From assembly GCA_026770705.1 (NCBI GenBank), contig JANJGN010000008.1, positions 25,544,001 to 25,608,000 on the forward strand: 64,000 nt of DNA, written 5' to 3'. A model generated the notes under the pieces. It ran no database searches. It was not told the DNA's origin and was given only the letters and a program-made list of their open reading frames with translations. This DNA comes from Isurus oxyrinchus (lineage: Eukaryota). Each line of letters starts with the position of its first letter. Position 1 is the first letter of the stretch. Of this stretch, positions 1 through 12,761 are shown one piece after another. The position numbers and the translations under genes are program-made.

Positions 1-3000
1 TTAGTTGCAGTCAGCTTCAGTCACATGACCATGACGCCCATTGTCCACACAGAATGGTTTAAAACTAGAAGTTACTGTTATACAATGAAGGATGGATCAA
101 GGAGGTCTGTTCACACCGAGTTATGGTATCTGCAGCTTTCTTTATTAAGTTTTGAACTCTAAGACATGATGTCTAGAAGTCTATTGATTTTGAGGTTTGG
201 GTAAATCATAAACAATAGCAGGGGTTTCACAGATGGGTACAAATCTGGGAAGATTTATTCAAGGCAGAGGCAGCAGGGGAGTAACAATTCTTGGTTATTC
301 AATCAGGAACTTTCCAGGGAATCGCGATTATCTGTGTGGAAATTGCAAAACTCACCCGACCATTGGTAACCTTCTTGGCCACCTTGTTAGTGTCTATGCT
401 TAAATAAAATAAGTTACAAAAAATGGTATACTGAATGCAATCCATGTATGAATAAGATGTACCTTCACGGGGCATGACAGTTGTGTAATGCAAAAAATTA
501 CAACATGTACACAGTTTGGTATGTGGGCTATTGTGGTACGCAGATGGTTATGGTATTGGGGTGTTGTGCATGGATGCCTATGTTACACAGGCAGTTATGT
601 GATTGATTTTAGTATACAAATGGTTTGGGATTGGGCGATATGTTGTGTGAATGGTTATAGTCATAGTTGTTATGGTCTAACAGGAAATGCAGTGTGTGTA
701 CATGGCAAAGCTCAGTATGTAGACGATTGAAAGGAGTAAGGGAGCCTGGAGGACAGGCATGTAGCACTTTATAAATTGCATTATGATATTGAAAACAGTG
801 AAGTGCAGTACATAAAAGCACAACGTTCAGGAAGACCTGATAAATTACAATATCTCCCAAAATTTTAGTCCCTAATCAGATCATTTTCCCAATCTATTAT
901 CAGCAATGGCAGTGGTAAAGATGAAAGGTGAAACATGTTCATATAAATTATTCATTCTTTGTCTATCCTTCATTACAAGTAATTATCATAATTTAATTAA
1001 TTGAGATATTTGTCATGTTCTTGAATTAAATGTTCAGTTGTCTTTGCATTATCCACGGTTGCATTTCAATAGCTGTGACTATATCAGCAGGATTTCTTCT
1101 GCGTGTTTTTATATGGCAGTGGATTACATTTTCATTTCAAAGACTTTAATTATTCTTCAGCTGCCCAGGGCAAATGACCTTACAGCTATGACTGAACCTA
1201 GATTGGAGAAAGGCACTAATTAATGCATCTCATGCCTAAACTCATGTTAAAATGATGAATCACTCCCTCTCCTGAGTAGTTTCTAAACTTACAGTCAAAT
1301 ATTACCACCATGGATGGTTGATTTGTGAAGTAGTTGGTTAATACTCTAAAAAAGTCTATTTTTGTTCCATTATTAGTTATCTGAAATGCCTGCATCTCTG
1401 CAGCTAACTAACATCTTCAGAAATCTCAAGCCTAATGAATTATCTCAAAGGTCTTGGGGCAGATCGGAGGAAGTGCTGGAGTGAAATGCCCATGAATTGT
1501 GATGTCATATTGAAGGGCCGCAGTATGTCAGAAAGCACTGCAGAATTTCTACTGGGCAAACTGAGCTAGGATGATTATTAATGGCTGCCTGAGTTTCACA
1601 GGTGAAGGAGTTGCTGTTCTGGAGGCATTTTAAAAGAGAAATGTGACATCTAGGGAAAATGACCATTTTTATTACAGCAGCCTTTTGAGGCTAACTGAAA
1701 GAATGCTCTTTGTATTCTTGATGAAAATTTATGATAGCCCCCAAGCTATTATTAACCACAGTTCCTGTATGAATATTTCAAATCAGTGCTCCAGCGTTTT
1801 AAAATAGATCCAGTGTGGCAGAATGTTTTCTTTTCCCAAAATGACAAATTCCATTTAACTCTGGGGAAAGGAATCCCAGAAAGAATCCAGGAGTCATAAC
1901 TGTGCTCACCTTGGGTTAAATTAGTCTAAATAAATGTCAACCTTATTTATCAGGGTGAACATCACCCCAGCAAAGAGTCATAAGGTTCTATGTAGTTATA
2001 TCAGCAAACAAAACTCCTCATACTTCTTTCCTCTTAAATTGCCTCTTCCTTTCTAAATCTAATGTTTTGTTCTGTTTCTTCCTGTTTCTTGCTCTCTTCC
2101 TTTTTATCACTTCCTTTCAAACATTCTTTCATTACTACCTTGTCTATCTGTCTTATTTTGCTATAAATCATATTTTTGTCCATTACCTTAAGCAGGCAAA
2201 GGTGAAACAGGACTAATTTCTATTCCTCTCTCCTCCCCAGCATGTTTATATTTAACATCAACTTCCTCACTTCACATAAACACATCCAACATGTGTTGCT
2301 CCACTAAGAACATTGTAAGGACAATTACTCTGTAATGACCTCTTACCATTGCAAGCACTATCATTATCCATAATCTGAAATACCATCAACAACATCTGCC
2401 AAATTGTTGCTCATTAGCAATATAACTACCCTCTGTTCTTGTACAAGCTATAAAATATTTGGGATAGATGTGATGAATCTCTGGCACAGGCACAAAAATT
2501 AACATCTCTGTAAACATTTTTCTTTTTGACGATTAGTTTATCATTAGTTTTCTCCTTGTTGAAGTGCCCTCATGCCCTGCCTCTTCCTCAATGGAAAAGG
2601 AAGACTGAAGAGTTGTTCTCAAGCCTTCGACAATGTCACTCTACAACTGACCATTAGGAAAGGTAAAAGAATGGCCAGTTGGCAGTTTTCATTTAGATTT
2701 TGTCTCTTCCTTTTGATAGACTTGACTGTACTTTTGTTTTATGCCTCTCCGATGTAGAATGTTTGAAATCAAAACTCATCAGTTGACGAATTGCAAGTAT
2801 AAACAAGCACCTTGTAACGAAGATCCAACACACTGACTCTCTGAGGGGTTCTGCTTTCTCTGAACTCTTATAATTTCTCCAACTATGTTTGAGAGAGATG
2901 ATACTGCTCTAAGCATCAGAGTAACTGGGACAGTTTAGGAACATTTTATACATTCTAAAATAAAACTATTTATTCATAAAATATGTTGCAAATAGGATTG

Positions 3001-4044
3001 AACTTAGGTTGCTGTGCAGGGCGGTGGAAATCTATTTCAGAGAAGGCATCCAATTACAGCAACTGTTAAGTTCATGTCAGTTGGAATTGATGAATATGAA
3101 CTGAAAGTTCAAAGCCATTGTACACTCTGTGGTATACAGGCTTCTGTAGTAGTGAATCAGGGCAAAAGTAGTCCTTAAATGAAGAGAATTGCTGATATCA
3201 GCAGGTGAATGCTTTTTGCCAAATTAATCTTTATGCTTACAGAACATAGCTGAGCCCTGGGATACTTGAGCCTACAAATTATTATTCCTGGTTATTATCA
3301 CCCAGAAGGAAAAAACAGTAAAAACTGGGAAATAAGAATACTGGTCCGAACTGGTCTTGTATACCTTAAGATGGAACATCAGTAAAAACTGGGAAATAAG
3401 AGTACTGGTTGGAATACTTTCCTTCTGGGCAAAGAAAGGTGTAACACATTCACATGACCTGCCTCTGTCTACTATTTTAATGGAGGCATTGATCCATTGA
3501 AAATATGCAAGTTTGTGGTGGAAGCATAAGTCTATTTTGCTTGCATAATTTTCCATTGTCCACTATTTTTAGAGGCATTAAACACGTTATATTTTCTCAT
3601 TGCATTCACAGCAGGAAAAAAACCAGCTTCCATAAGCCTACACGCATTTCTTGTACAAAACTCTCAACATTATGCATGTTATAAATGGGATGAAGTGCCA
3701 ATGTGCCTGGGGATTTTCCTGGTCTTCCCCAAGAAATTATCTTCAGTCTGCTGGTGGATAAAATAGCTTCTGCCTCAATCATTTACTCACAAAGGAATCA
3801 CTTCAGAGGTCACAGGACTCAAAGTCACATGACTGTGACAAGCCACAGTACACAACAAGCAACCATGCGCAAAACCATTTCTCCAAACATCCCCCTTTTC
3901 ATAAACAGAAAAAAAACCACCTTGCACGCACTATCAAGTTACCCATATACATGTTCAAATATAAAGTCATCACACACGAACAAAAAACTGTTCATTCCAG
4001 TCTGTCTCACTTTCGTCTGTCTCCACACACGCATTGCACACACA

Positions 4045-4768
4045 GGGAAGAATATTGCGCTCATCTGCTACCTGACCCAAACGAGCGTCAAATGATGCGC
4101 AATGACATCGGACGAGAGTCCAGACATCATCGCGCACTTGCGCAATGTTTCGGTTGGTGGGCGTATGCGGGAGTTGGCAGCATGCCCGCCGACAATTAAC
4201 AGGCTTATCAGGGCCATTAAAGTAATAATTAAATGTAAGATATTGCTTCCCGTCCAACCTTACAGTTGGCGGGCAGGCGAAAAGGCCAAGCGGCCTTTGA
4301 ATTTTTTAGGAAACCTCATCCGCAGGCCTGAGTAGAGCATTTGGCCCTTTGAGCCTGCACCGCCATTCAATAAGATCATGGCTGATCTGCTTGTGTTTCG
4401 ATTTCCACATTCCCACCTAACCCCGATAACCTTTGATTCCCTTGCCTAACAAGAAATTATCTACCTCTGCCTTAAAAATATTCAATGACCCCGTCCCCAC
4501 CACCTTCTGGGGCAGAGAATTCCGAAGTCACACAACCCTCTGCTCATGTGAAAGAGCCACATGAGGGGACATGTTTTTAACATAGCTTAAGTTTTTAGTT
4601 TTTAATTTTAAAACTCTTCAGCTTCCTGTGGCAGCTCACGATAGCTGATTGTTAATTGGCCAGCCAGCGTGAAATCACAGTCGGGGCCCAACTACAGGTG
4701 GTGGTCGGCTTCCGGACCGCTCCTGGGCCCGCTCATCAAGCACACCCAACCAGTGGAAAATGCTGGCC
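4045..4768. mobile_element. Harbinger-like MITE (subfamily A), interrupted by a CR1 3' fragment
   Basis: Degenerate TIRs GGGAAGAATATTGC / GGAAAATGCTGGCC. The interior matches the reverse complement of the copy at 13831-14502. Confidence 0.75.
4331..4542 (-). mobile_element. CR1 LINE 3'-end fragment
   Basis: Reverse complement of the CR1 3' end seen at 59960-60286 (CCGATAACCTTTGATTCCCTTGCC, TCTACCTCTGCCTTAAAAATATTCAATGACCCC). Confidence 0.8.
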
Positions 4769-5139
4769 ATAACCTTTAAGGTGTTCAGGTCCTCTATTGG
4801 GCATGCGTGTGGGTTTAGGTTGGTTGTTTGTCTGGCCAGGAACCTTCCCAGGCACATTTGTCACCTCATCCCATTTATAACATGCGTAATGTTGAGAGTT
4901 TTGTACAAGAAATGTGTGTCTGCTTTTGGAAGCTATTTTTTTCTCTCTCCTGTGAATGCAAAGAGGAAATATAACAGGTTTAATGCCTCTTAAAATCGTG
5001 GGCAATTGAAAATTATGCAAGCAAAATAGACTTATGCTTCCACCACAAACTTGTGTATTTTCAATGGATCAATGCCTCCATTAAAATAGTGGGGTGACTT
5101 TGCCTCTCCGGGGAATGTTGTTGCCATGGCAAGTGTTGC

Positions 5140-6260
5140 TGCATCTCTTCTACAGCTTGCGCCTTAGGATCAGGGAAAAAAACATTTCGCTGCCAGCGCA
5201 TACTTGACTTTGACCATCTTCAGTTGCAGTTTTTTCTTGTTCAGCTTCGAGTTTATTATCTGTTGAGCTCTTTCTAGCAGTCTCACTAGATTCTGATCAT
5301 GCAAGCCTCTGCAAGCCTTCTTCCAACATATCACCATATCCCTAGACTAGTAAATCATTCACAATCACTTCCATTCTTGGAAGATCACTGACTTGCTCAT
5401 GCTGTACACTGCGACTCTTCCAGAGCAGTGGAAATGCCAAATGGCATGCGCAACCATCTGTGCGTCCCAAATGGCATTCACAACATAGAATCTAAAAAAC
5501 TGCTGCTTTCATCCAACTTCACTTGCCAGTATCCATCCTTTGCATCCGGGGTGGTCAAGACCGTTGCCTTTGCAAGTTATGGAAAAATTTCTTCAGTGGT
5601 TGCTGTGGCGTATTAAGATCTCTGCAAAGCTTTATTGAGGTCCTTTGGATCCATGCACACTCTCAGCTTTCCAGTTTGTAATCACTGCTACCATGCTGCT
5701 TATCCAGACTGTAGGAGCTGTCACTTTCTTGGTCACTCCCATCTTTTCATGCTCCTTTCTCTTCTCTTTTAGACTGGACTGGAGGGTAGCTGGAACTCTC
5801 CTCAGAAGATGCCGAGTTGGCCTCACACTCTCATCAAGATGATATTCATCAGGAAGACATCCAAGACTTGTGAAAACATCTTTGTAATTTTTCACAATCT
5901 GTTCAGCAGTCAATAGCTTGGTGTCATGCAAAACACTACAAGTCTCTTCTAGTACATGGAGGGTTACCAGTCCAAGCTTTTGAATTGTCTCAGCTGAGAT
6001 GAGGGGATTTTGCTTACTATCTGGAACTGTAGATCTTCTTTCTTCCCATTGCATTGAGTTCTCAGCTTAGTTTTCCCCCTTGATGTGAGAATCATGTAGC
6101 CTCAACATTACCTGCGATGGCTTCATTTTCAGGTCACCATCTTGAGCATCTTCACATGGGTCTACAAAGCTCATAATGTTGCATGTAGCACTGGTGTCGA
6201 TCTGACACTTCACATTAACTTGATGCTTTCCTTCTGCAGTCATCATTCAAATAGTCACAA
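5140..6260 (-). pseudogene. Gypsy protease/RT remnant of element A
   Basis: Minus strand reads CQIDTSATCN (aspartic protease site, ~6180-6210), then YKDVFTSLGCLPDEYHL...TVWISSMVAV, and degenerate RT to ~5140. Confidence 0.75.
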
Positions 6261-6348
6261 GCTATTTTTCACCTTGACAGAGCCAACATGTTCTAGGATG
6301 TAGAGTAATTCAATCACAACCGTCTTTATCGGCTTGCTTTTCTACTTT

Positions 6349-7087
6349 CTAGCAAAACACTTGCGTGAAAATTGATTCAGGTTCTTGTAGTTGGAGCATT
6401 GCTTTTCCCATGCTGGACATGGTTCCTTTCTTTTGTGTGGTGTCCTCTACAATATTTACATCCAGTACTCTGGCTTTGATCTTTCTGCTGACGCTTCTGT
6501 AAACAGTTCTTCCTGAGCTGCCTCTCTGCATAGTGCAAAGCCTTATCAGTTCTCACAGCAATACTCTTCAGCTGATGATTAATCACTTCAGAGCTTCTGC
6601 ACATGTCAATAGCTTTCTTGAGAGTCAATGTCTCTTCCCTAAGCAGATGTGCTCTCATGGCAGGATATCTTGTTCCTAAGGCAATCCTATCTCTGATCAG
6701 ATCATCCTTCAGTTGCTCAAACTCGTAAGATTCAGCTAGATGTCTCACAGCACTCACATACTGATCAAATATTCTCTCCCTGTTCCTGAGCTCTGGTGTT
6801 GAACACATAATGTTCATAAATAAAATTAGTAGAGGGTTCAAAGTGGGTCTTCAAGACCTCCAAAATTTCACAAGACTGGCTTTCCTGCTCCTCAGCAAGG
6901 TCTAGAGTGCAATAAAGCTTGTAGCACTCTTTCCCAGCACTGATAACAGAATTGCTATTCTTATTTTTTCAGGTTGCTTGTCCAACTTTGTGGCAATTTT
7001 GTAGCTCTGCCATTGTGACTGGAAGAAATTCCAATTTATTCTCAAATCTGCCTTTATCTCCATAGATGCTGGAATATTCAAAGCCAT
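6349..7087 (-). pseudogene. Gypsy gag remnant (frameshifted) of element A
   Basis: MALNIPASME...NWNFFQSQWQSYKIATKLDKQPEKIRIAILLSVLG, then QLKDDLIRDRIALG...LTLKKAIDMCRSSE and a CKYC knuckle. These are typical Gypsy gag motifs. Confidence 0.8.
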
Positions 7088-7450
7088 ACTTACTCACCCA
7101 ATGGCCAATGTCCTGTAAAAAGTTACAGACTGAAATTTTAATTATTCCTGCTTTTTCTTACAATAGCTGGCTCTCTTCCAGATATCAAATCCATTCAATT
7201 TCAGCGGCATAATCCAGGCACTACATTCTATATGGTGGGTAAAATGGCTTCTGCCTCAATCCTTCACTCACAAAGGAATCATAGAGGTCACATAACTCTG
7301 AGGTCACATGACTATGGCAATCTGCTTAGACAACAGGCAACCATGCACAGATGCATTTCTCCAAACAGTAGACACAATGAAGGCTTCACCTGATGAGGGG
7401 TTTTGTTATTTACCTCATAAAGACTTCAAAAAACCTGAGGGAAAAGTTAA

Positions 7451-7672
7451 AAACAAAAAACTGCGGGTGCTGGAAATCCAAAACAAAAACAGAATTACCT
7501 GGAAAAACTCAGCAGGTCTGGCAGCATCGACGGAGAAGAAAAGAGTTGACGTTTCAAGTCCTCATGACCTCAGTTCTGTTGAAGGGTCATGAGGACTCGA
7601 AACGTCAACTCTTTTCTTCTCCGCTGATGCTGCCAGACCTGCTGAGTTTTTCCAGGTAATTCTGTTTTTGTT
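7451..7672. mobile_element. Palindromic Penelope-like terminal-repeat insertion (inverted pLTR dimer)
   Basis: Arms ~7482-7569 and ~7585-7672 are reverse complements. The sequence matches the terminus of the GIY-YIG element at 12268. Perfect 16-bp TSD CTGAGGGAAAAGTTAA at 7435-7450 and 7673-7688. Confidence 0.9.
7572..7610 (+). ncRNA. Putative minimal type I hammerhead ribozyme (variant core CUGUUGA)
   Basis: AGTT-CTGTTGA-A-GGGTC atgag GACTC-GAAA-CG-TC-AACT. Stem I is AGTT/AACT, stem II is GGGTC/GACTC, followed by GAAA and a UC cleavage site. It lies in a Penelope terminus, where such motifs are known. Confidence 0.6.
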
Positions 7673-8608
7673 CTGAGGGAAAAGTTAATCAATCTCAAAT
7701 GGGATCATTGTTTTTCAGGGATGGCTTAGTAGCTCTTTTGAGAACTGAAGATCGCACAGCAGCTTTATGTTGAAGCCTCTCTCAGGCTTCTTCCACTGTG
7801 TTGAAACAATATGAAACTACTCCAACATTCCAAGTATTCATTGGGATGATCATTACTGGTGTGCCTTTGCAGTGCACCAAATCCAAAAATGCTAATGACA
7901 CAATGCCTGCAAATTGGGAAGAGTCATGGTTGGTAGCTGCAGGTGGTCAGAAGTCCTGTCCATTCCTTTTCCACTGACAGAGCAGGGCCTGAAAATTGCT
8001 GACCCCTCTATGCCCTTTTCCGAATCTACAAACTGAGTTTTAGCGAATATAATGCGTGTGCTTTTGCTTAACTGAGCCCTTCTCATTAGGACAACGTAGA
8101 TAAAGATAAACTGACTAGAAACTACTGTCCAGATAGACTCATGGTTTTTTTTTTAACATGGAGGTTAATTTCTTTGATCAACAGCTATGTCAAAGTAGCC
8201 ATTTCTCGTAAATGTGCAAAATTTTATTAATAATTTTTACCATCCAGGTAGATATTCTATGAAGAGCAGCTCTTTATTTTTTGGGTAAAATTTCTTTTGA
8301 TGCAACTCTCGCCTATAAAGCAGTTGGTTAGAGTATCCAAAAGGCATCAGCAGTTTTATGCTCATTTTAACTTTCAAAGCCATAGTAGATTACTGATGCA
8401 ATTGCCTTGACTGTGTAATGAGCTCCTCAGGCAAACAGCTGATTGTCTTTCCTTGACAATAATAGTTAGCACCAGATTTGTGTGTCACTTCTCTCACCCA
8501 AATAAAGCAGTCCTTTTAAAATTATCTAACCAAAAGTTTTATGCCACAATATTTTACTCTAACCAAAGTTTCATATGAAATTTGACTGAGATATTATAAC
8601 TTGTGTCA

Positions 8609-9223
8609 AAGCAGAATTCTATTTTCATCACAAATCTGTGTACGCATCCCTGCCGATCAAAACAGAACCACATCCATTTACGCTTCAAGGAGCCTTAATT
8701 GGCTGGAGACGGGACACCATTCTTCACTCAGAAGGAAGTCCCACCTCAGAGAGCTGCTGGCCAATCTGATTGTCCCCAGATTCTAAATCCCAGAGTCCAG
8801 GACCAGGTAAGTGGTTGGGGTGGGGGATGGTTGTCTCATAGCAGAGAAGGGAATTGAGACCCGGGACGTGGGGAGAGGGGGGATAGAGGTCTTGAGTGAG
8901 AGGCTGGGAAGGGGATGGGGAGGGTCAACCAGAGGTGTTTGGGGGCACCCGATCTGGAAAGTGGACCCCTGAGGGTGGTGTTGCCTCACTTTCCACCTGA
9001 GACCCGAGCAAGGTGACTTGCCAAACCTCCCTCCTGCCCACTAAAGGGCCACAATTGGGGCAAGGATGGGTGGGTCACTCTGGGCTTCCCCCTCCCCCCC
9101 ATCAAATTGTGGACAAGTCAGGATGAGCAGGAGGGCAGTGGGAAGGCCACCTGGGAATTTTAAGGCCCCCTCCTCACCCCCCCGCCTGCAAACCTATTGG
9201 CGGGGGCCTATGAGATTCTGCCT
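8609..9223. mobile_element. Old degenerate Harbinger-like MITE
   Basis: GC-rich island bounded by AAGCAGAATTCT and GAGATTCTGCCT, which resemble the TIRs of the other MITEs. Confidence 0.4.
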
Positions 9224-12200
9224 ATTAATGCAAGCCGAGCAATTTATTTTACTTGTTAACACTTTTAAACCGCATGGTTCCATTGACTACTGAAAAAATT
9301 TGTTACCATCTGTAAGACATATCATCTGGATGATTTACATAATGCTACTACCAAAAGGATGCATATGCCCCTGAAATCATAACTAAGTGCTAAGTTCATT
9401 TAGGGTACAAATTACAGTCGGTGATATTAACAGAGGAACGCTTATCCCATTCATATGACATGTCTCTGTCTCCTATTTTTAATGAAGGCATTGACTTATA
9501 TAAAGTACACACAGTGGTGGAAAGTTTCATGTGTAAAGTATTCATTGGAGATGGTGCATGGCACCAAAATAAGTGACTTCAGGCGCATCAATTGCCTTGC
9601 TGTTAACAGCAGAGATAACCAAAAGCATAACTGCCAATATACTCAGTACAAAGGCTTTGGCACCAAAAAGGGAAACCCGAGTTAGCAAATTTAGAGCGAA
9701 CATGCAGACACCTGCTGTAAATATAGTTTCTGCAATATAAGCAAGGCAATTTCTAGAGCAGCTATATAGGAAGTAGCACTGGAGAACCGCCGGAGAAGCA
9801 GTCACTTTGTGCTGGCAGTTAATGAAGGAAATAGTATTGGAAAGTAAATGCACATGAAAGCCATATTTCAGACAGAAGGAACTTCGTGTATCAGCAGAAC
9901 AACTTATTTTTTTAAAAAAGACAGCACATTAGAGGCTCCAACAACAAATGCCTTTCACTAATGGGCATTGAAATGACTGAGTTAAATGGCCTATAAATTT
10001 AATAATGTTGCAAACAATTCCAATAATGCAGAAAGTGCTTTAATGACCTTAAAGCAATGGCATATTTTAAAGGTGTCCTTTGATTGGTGTCCCATTAACA
10101 AAGATTTAAGATAAAGAAATCATCACAGGCCATGTATTAGGGATCAATTCTGAAGTAGCATTGGCAAAGGTTTGCATGCCCTTTTGTCTAGAGAATGGTA
10201 TGTGGAATAGAGCAATGTAGAAAAGAAGGCAAGCAAGCAGAGAGTACTAAATAATAAATCCTCAATATCTCAGTTATCAAACTAACATAATGGTCTTCCT
10301 TATATGCAATGATTCTTAAAGGACACCAAAGAAATAATCCACCTGCAGAAGATGGAGGGCCCAGTTTCACATGCTCAAGAATGAGCACAAACTCTTCACA
10401 TTGTAGGAAGGTTTCCTTACCCTCATATTTTGCTCCACCAACCCTCGCCCCACACATATTTTAACATTTTCCATGAGTTGCAGTTTAAAATATTCAGCTA
10501 AATTCTGCAATGCTGTTGATCAGGAGATCAATAGACACAGTGGGAATTGCAGAACTAGCCGGGAGAACAAGCCCCTGTCTATAATTCTACTGGGTTGTAA
10601 TTCTGCAGTCTGCTGCATCTTGTGTGCTGGAGTCTTGTTGCCTCATTTAAGTCCACAAATTTAATGCATAATTATTTAAATAAACACATAGCAGAATTGC
10701 ATAGAATTTGCCCTGAAGTTTGTTCTATTTTGCTGATTCTTCCATAGTCTGTGAGCAAAGAATCTCTGTAGTTGGGCGGGGGGGGGTGGGGGGGTGTTCT
10801 TAAAATGACAGGTGCTTTCATGTTGTATTTTGCAATGTTTTCCTTGGGATTTTGGTACACTGTTGTTTTATTAAATACTTTTTCCTTCTGGAATGGTTAC
10901 TATTTAGTAATTATTTGTAGGGAAATACTTTGGTGGGATCATTATTTTTATTCATTCAGATAAGTTTATTTTTAAGTTTCTTAAATACAATATTTCATGG
11001 TTGAGACGCTGCAAAATGAAAGGACCAGACCATATTTTCAGAGTTTGGTGCATGTACCAGCCAGTGGCTGAAGACAACTGCCTCAACTAGCTTTAGGTCA
11101 GTCCATCATAGAACTTTGCAACAAGGACATTCTCAGACAATGTACAATATAGAGAGAATAATGCCAGTGGTTAACAAGGTCACCACTGCCTTCTAATGTT
11201 ATTGTTCTGGCTGATTACCAGCTAGCAATGCAACATGATAAAAGGCAGAAAGGGAACTGATGAGCCAATTAGTGATGCCAGCACTTTTATCTCCTTTCCT
11301 ACTGAAGAACATGACATGAATCCCATTATAAACAAATTAGTGCATTGTCCTGAAATATAGATGATCTCGCTAATTTGCTTACCACTGGTGGTACTCTCTT
11401 AATGTTGCAAACTGGGTGACGATGTCTTTGTTACAAAATTATACCAATGGACTGCATAAAGCAACTTGAAGGTCATTGATAGCGACTATATTTTCTATCT
11501 GAAGCTCACTCTAGATATCATAAGTGGCCATGTTTGTGTTTTAATTGTTTGGCATGTGAAGCACATTGAAGACTTGAATTGCAGAACCATAGAATATTAC
11601 AGCACAGAAGGCAGTCATTTAGCCTGTCATGCCTGTAATGGCAATTTGAAAGAAGGTCCAGTTTAGTGAATTCAGACTTTTGGTTATAAGTTATGTGTAC
11701 TGCTAAAGCGTGTGTTTTTTTATGAGGTGGAGTGAAATAGTTGTAAAGTAGTTGAGGCTTTGGCAAGGGTGGGTAGTTAAAGCAGAATACTTGACAGGCA
11801 TGCAATCATAGGTCATCTACTTGATGCATGATATTGTTGGGTAGTTTAATCTTGTCAATTTCATTAAAACAAACTAGAATCTCCTATATCTGTTCCTGAG
11901 TCCAGTAGGGACTGTATGCATTATCCTGGGTGCCAGGTCCTGTCAGGCATAATGCAATTTCATTTAATGATAAGGGTGGTCTGGACGGTCAAACAGGATA
12001 AAGCCTCCACAATTCTCCAAGAATTGCATTCTACCACAACGTTATTGGCCTTCACATGCCTGCTCCCCTATGATCATCAAGCCAGATTGCTAACTCTGGT
12101 TCAATAAGAAGTAAAGAACAAAATGTTTGGAGCAACACCAAGCATAACTGAGAATGAGGTGCCAACCCGGTGAAGCTACAACACAGGACCACATGAATGT

Positions 12201-12329
12201 TAAAACAGCAGAAGTATCACACTCTTGACAGAACTAAGTGATCCCAAATCCAACAGACCAGATTAAAAACAAAAACAGAATTACCTGGAAAAACTCAGCA
12301 GGTCTGGCAGCATCGGCGGAGAAGAAAAG

Positions 12330-12368
12330 AGTTGACGTTTCGAGTCTTCATGACCCTTCGACAGAACT
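12330..12368 (-). ncRNA. Putative minimal hammerhead ribozyme (variant core CUGUCGA)
   Basis: Minus strand reads AGTT-CTGTCGA-A-GGGTC atgaa GACTC-GAAA-CG-TC-AACT. Confidence 0.55.
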
Positions 12369-12761
12369 TGATTTCGAGTCCAGGAAAGAGTTGAAATATA
12401 AGCTGGTTTAAGGTGTGTGGGGGGGGGGGGGTGGGGGCGGAGAGAGAGAGAGAGAGACAGAGGTGCTTGTGTAGACAAACAAGCAGTGATAGAAGCAGAT
12501 CATCAAAAGATGTCAGTGACAATGGGACAAAAGAACACATAGGTGTTAAAGTTAAAGTTGGTGATATTATCTAAACGAATGTGCTAATTAAGAATGGATG
12601 GTAGGGCACTCAAGGTACAGCTCTAGTGGGGGTGGGGGGGAGCATAAAAGATTTTAAAATATTTAAAAATAAGTGGGAAAAGAAAAATCTGTAAAATTTA
12701 TAGGGAAAAAAAGGGGAAAAAAAGGGGGAAACAGAAAGGGGGTGGGGATGGGGGAGGGAGC

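Larger units (their letters stand above)
3471..5090. repeat. Inverted repeat pair of ~255 bp (3471-3724 and 4834-5090)
   Basis: ACTATTTTAATGGAGGCATTGATCCATTGAAAAT... at 3471 is the reverse complement of ...ATTTTCAATGGATCAATGCCTCCATTAAAATAGT ending at 5090. The two are colinear throughout with scattered mismatches. Confidence 0.9.
3752..7367 (-). mobile_element. Ty3/Gypsy LTR retrotransposon A, decayed and internally deleted (gag, protease, RT; RNase H and integrase missing)
   Basis: ~135-bp direct repeats at 3752-3889 and 7233-7367 (TGTTTGGAGAAATG...CCACCA on the minus strand). Polypurine tract GAAAAGGGGGA at 3890-3900. Gag-like ORFs 6902-7087 and 6377-6841, pol-like 5632-6054, pol-end-like 'PTRMPNRGPEHLKGY' near 4770-4815. 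No clear TSD. Confidence 0.85.

Noticed and set aside
299-860. Overlapping short ORFs in TG/AT-biased sequence
   Set aside because: Low-complexity composition, no domain similarity.
2565-2662. Possible exon (pyrimidine tract, AG ... AG/GTAAA)
   Set aside because: No recognisable peptide in any frame and no partner exons. Chance splice-like signals are common.
3316-3409. 30-bp direct repeat (CAGTAAAAACTGGGAAATAAGA(A/G)TACTGGT) with a 34-bp spacer, CRISPR-like geometry
   Set aside because: Only two copies, no dyad symmetry, no cas genes and a vertebrate context. A simple local duplication is more likely.
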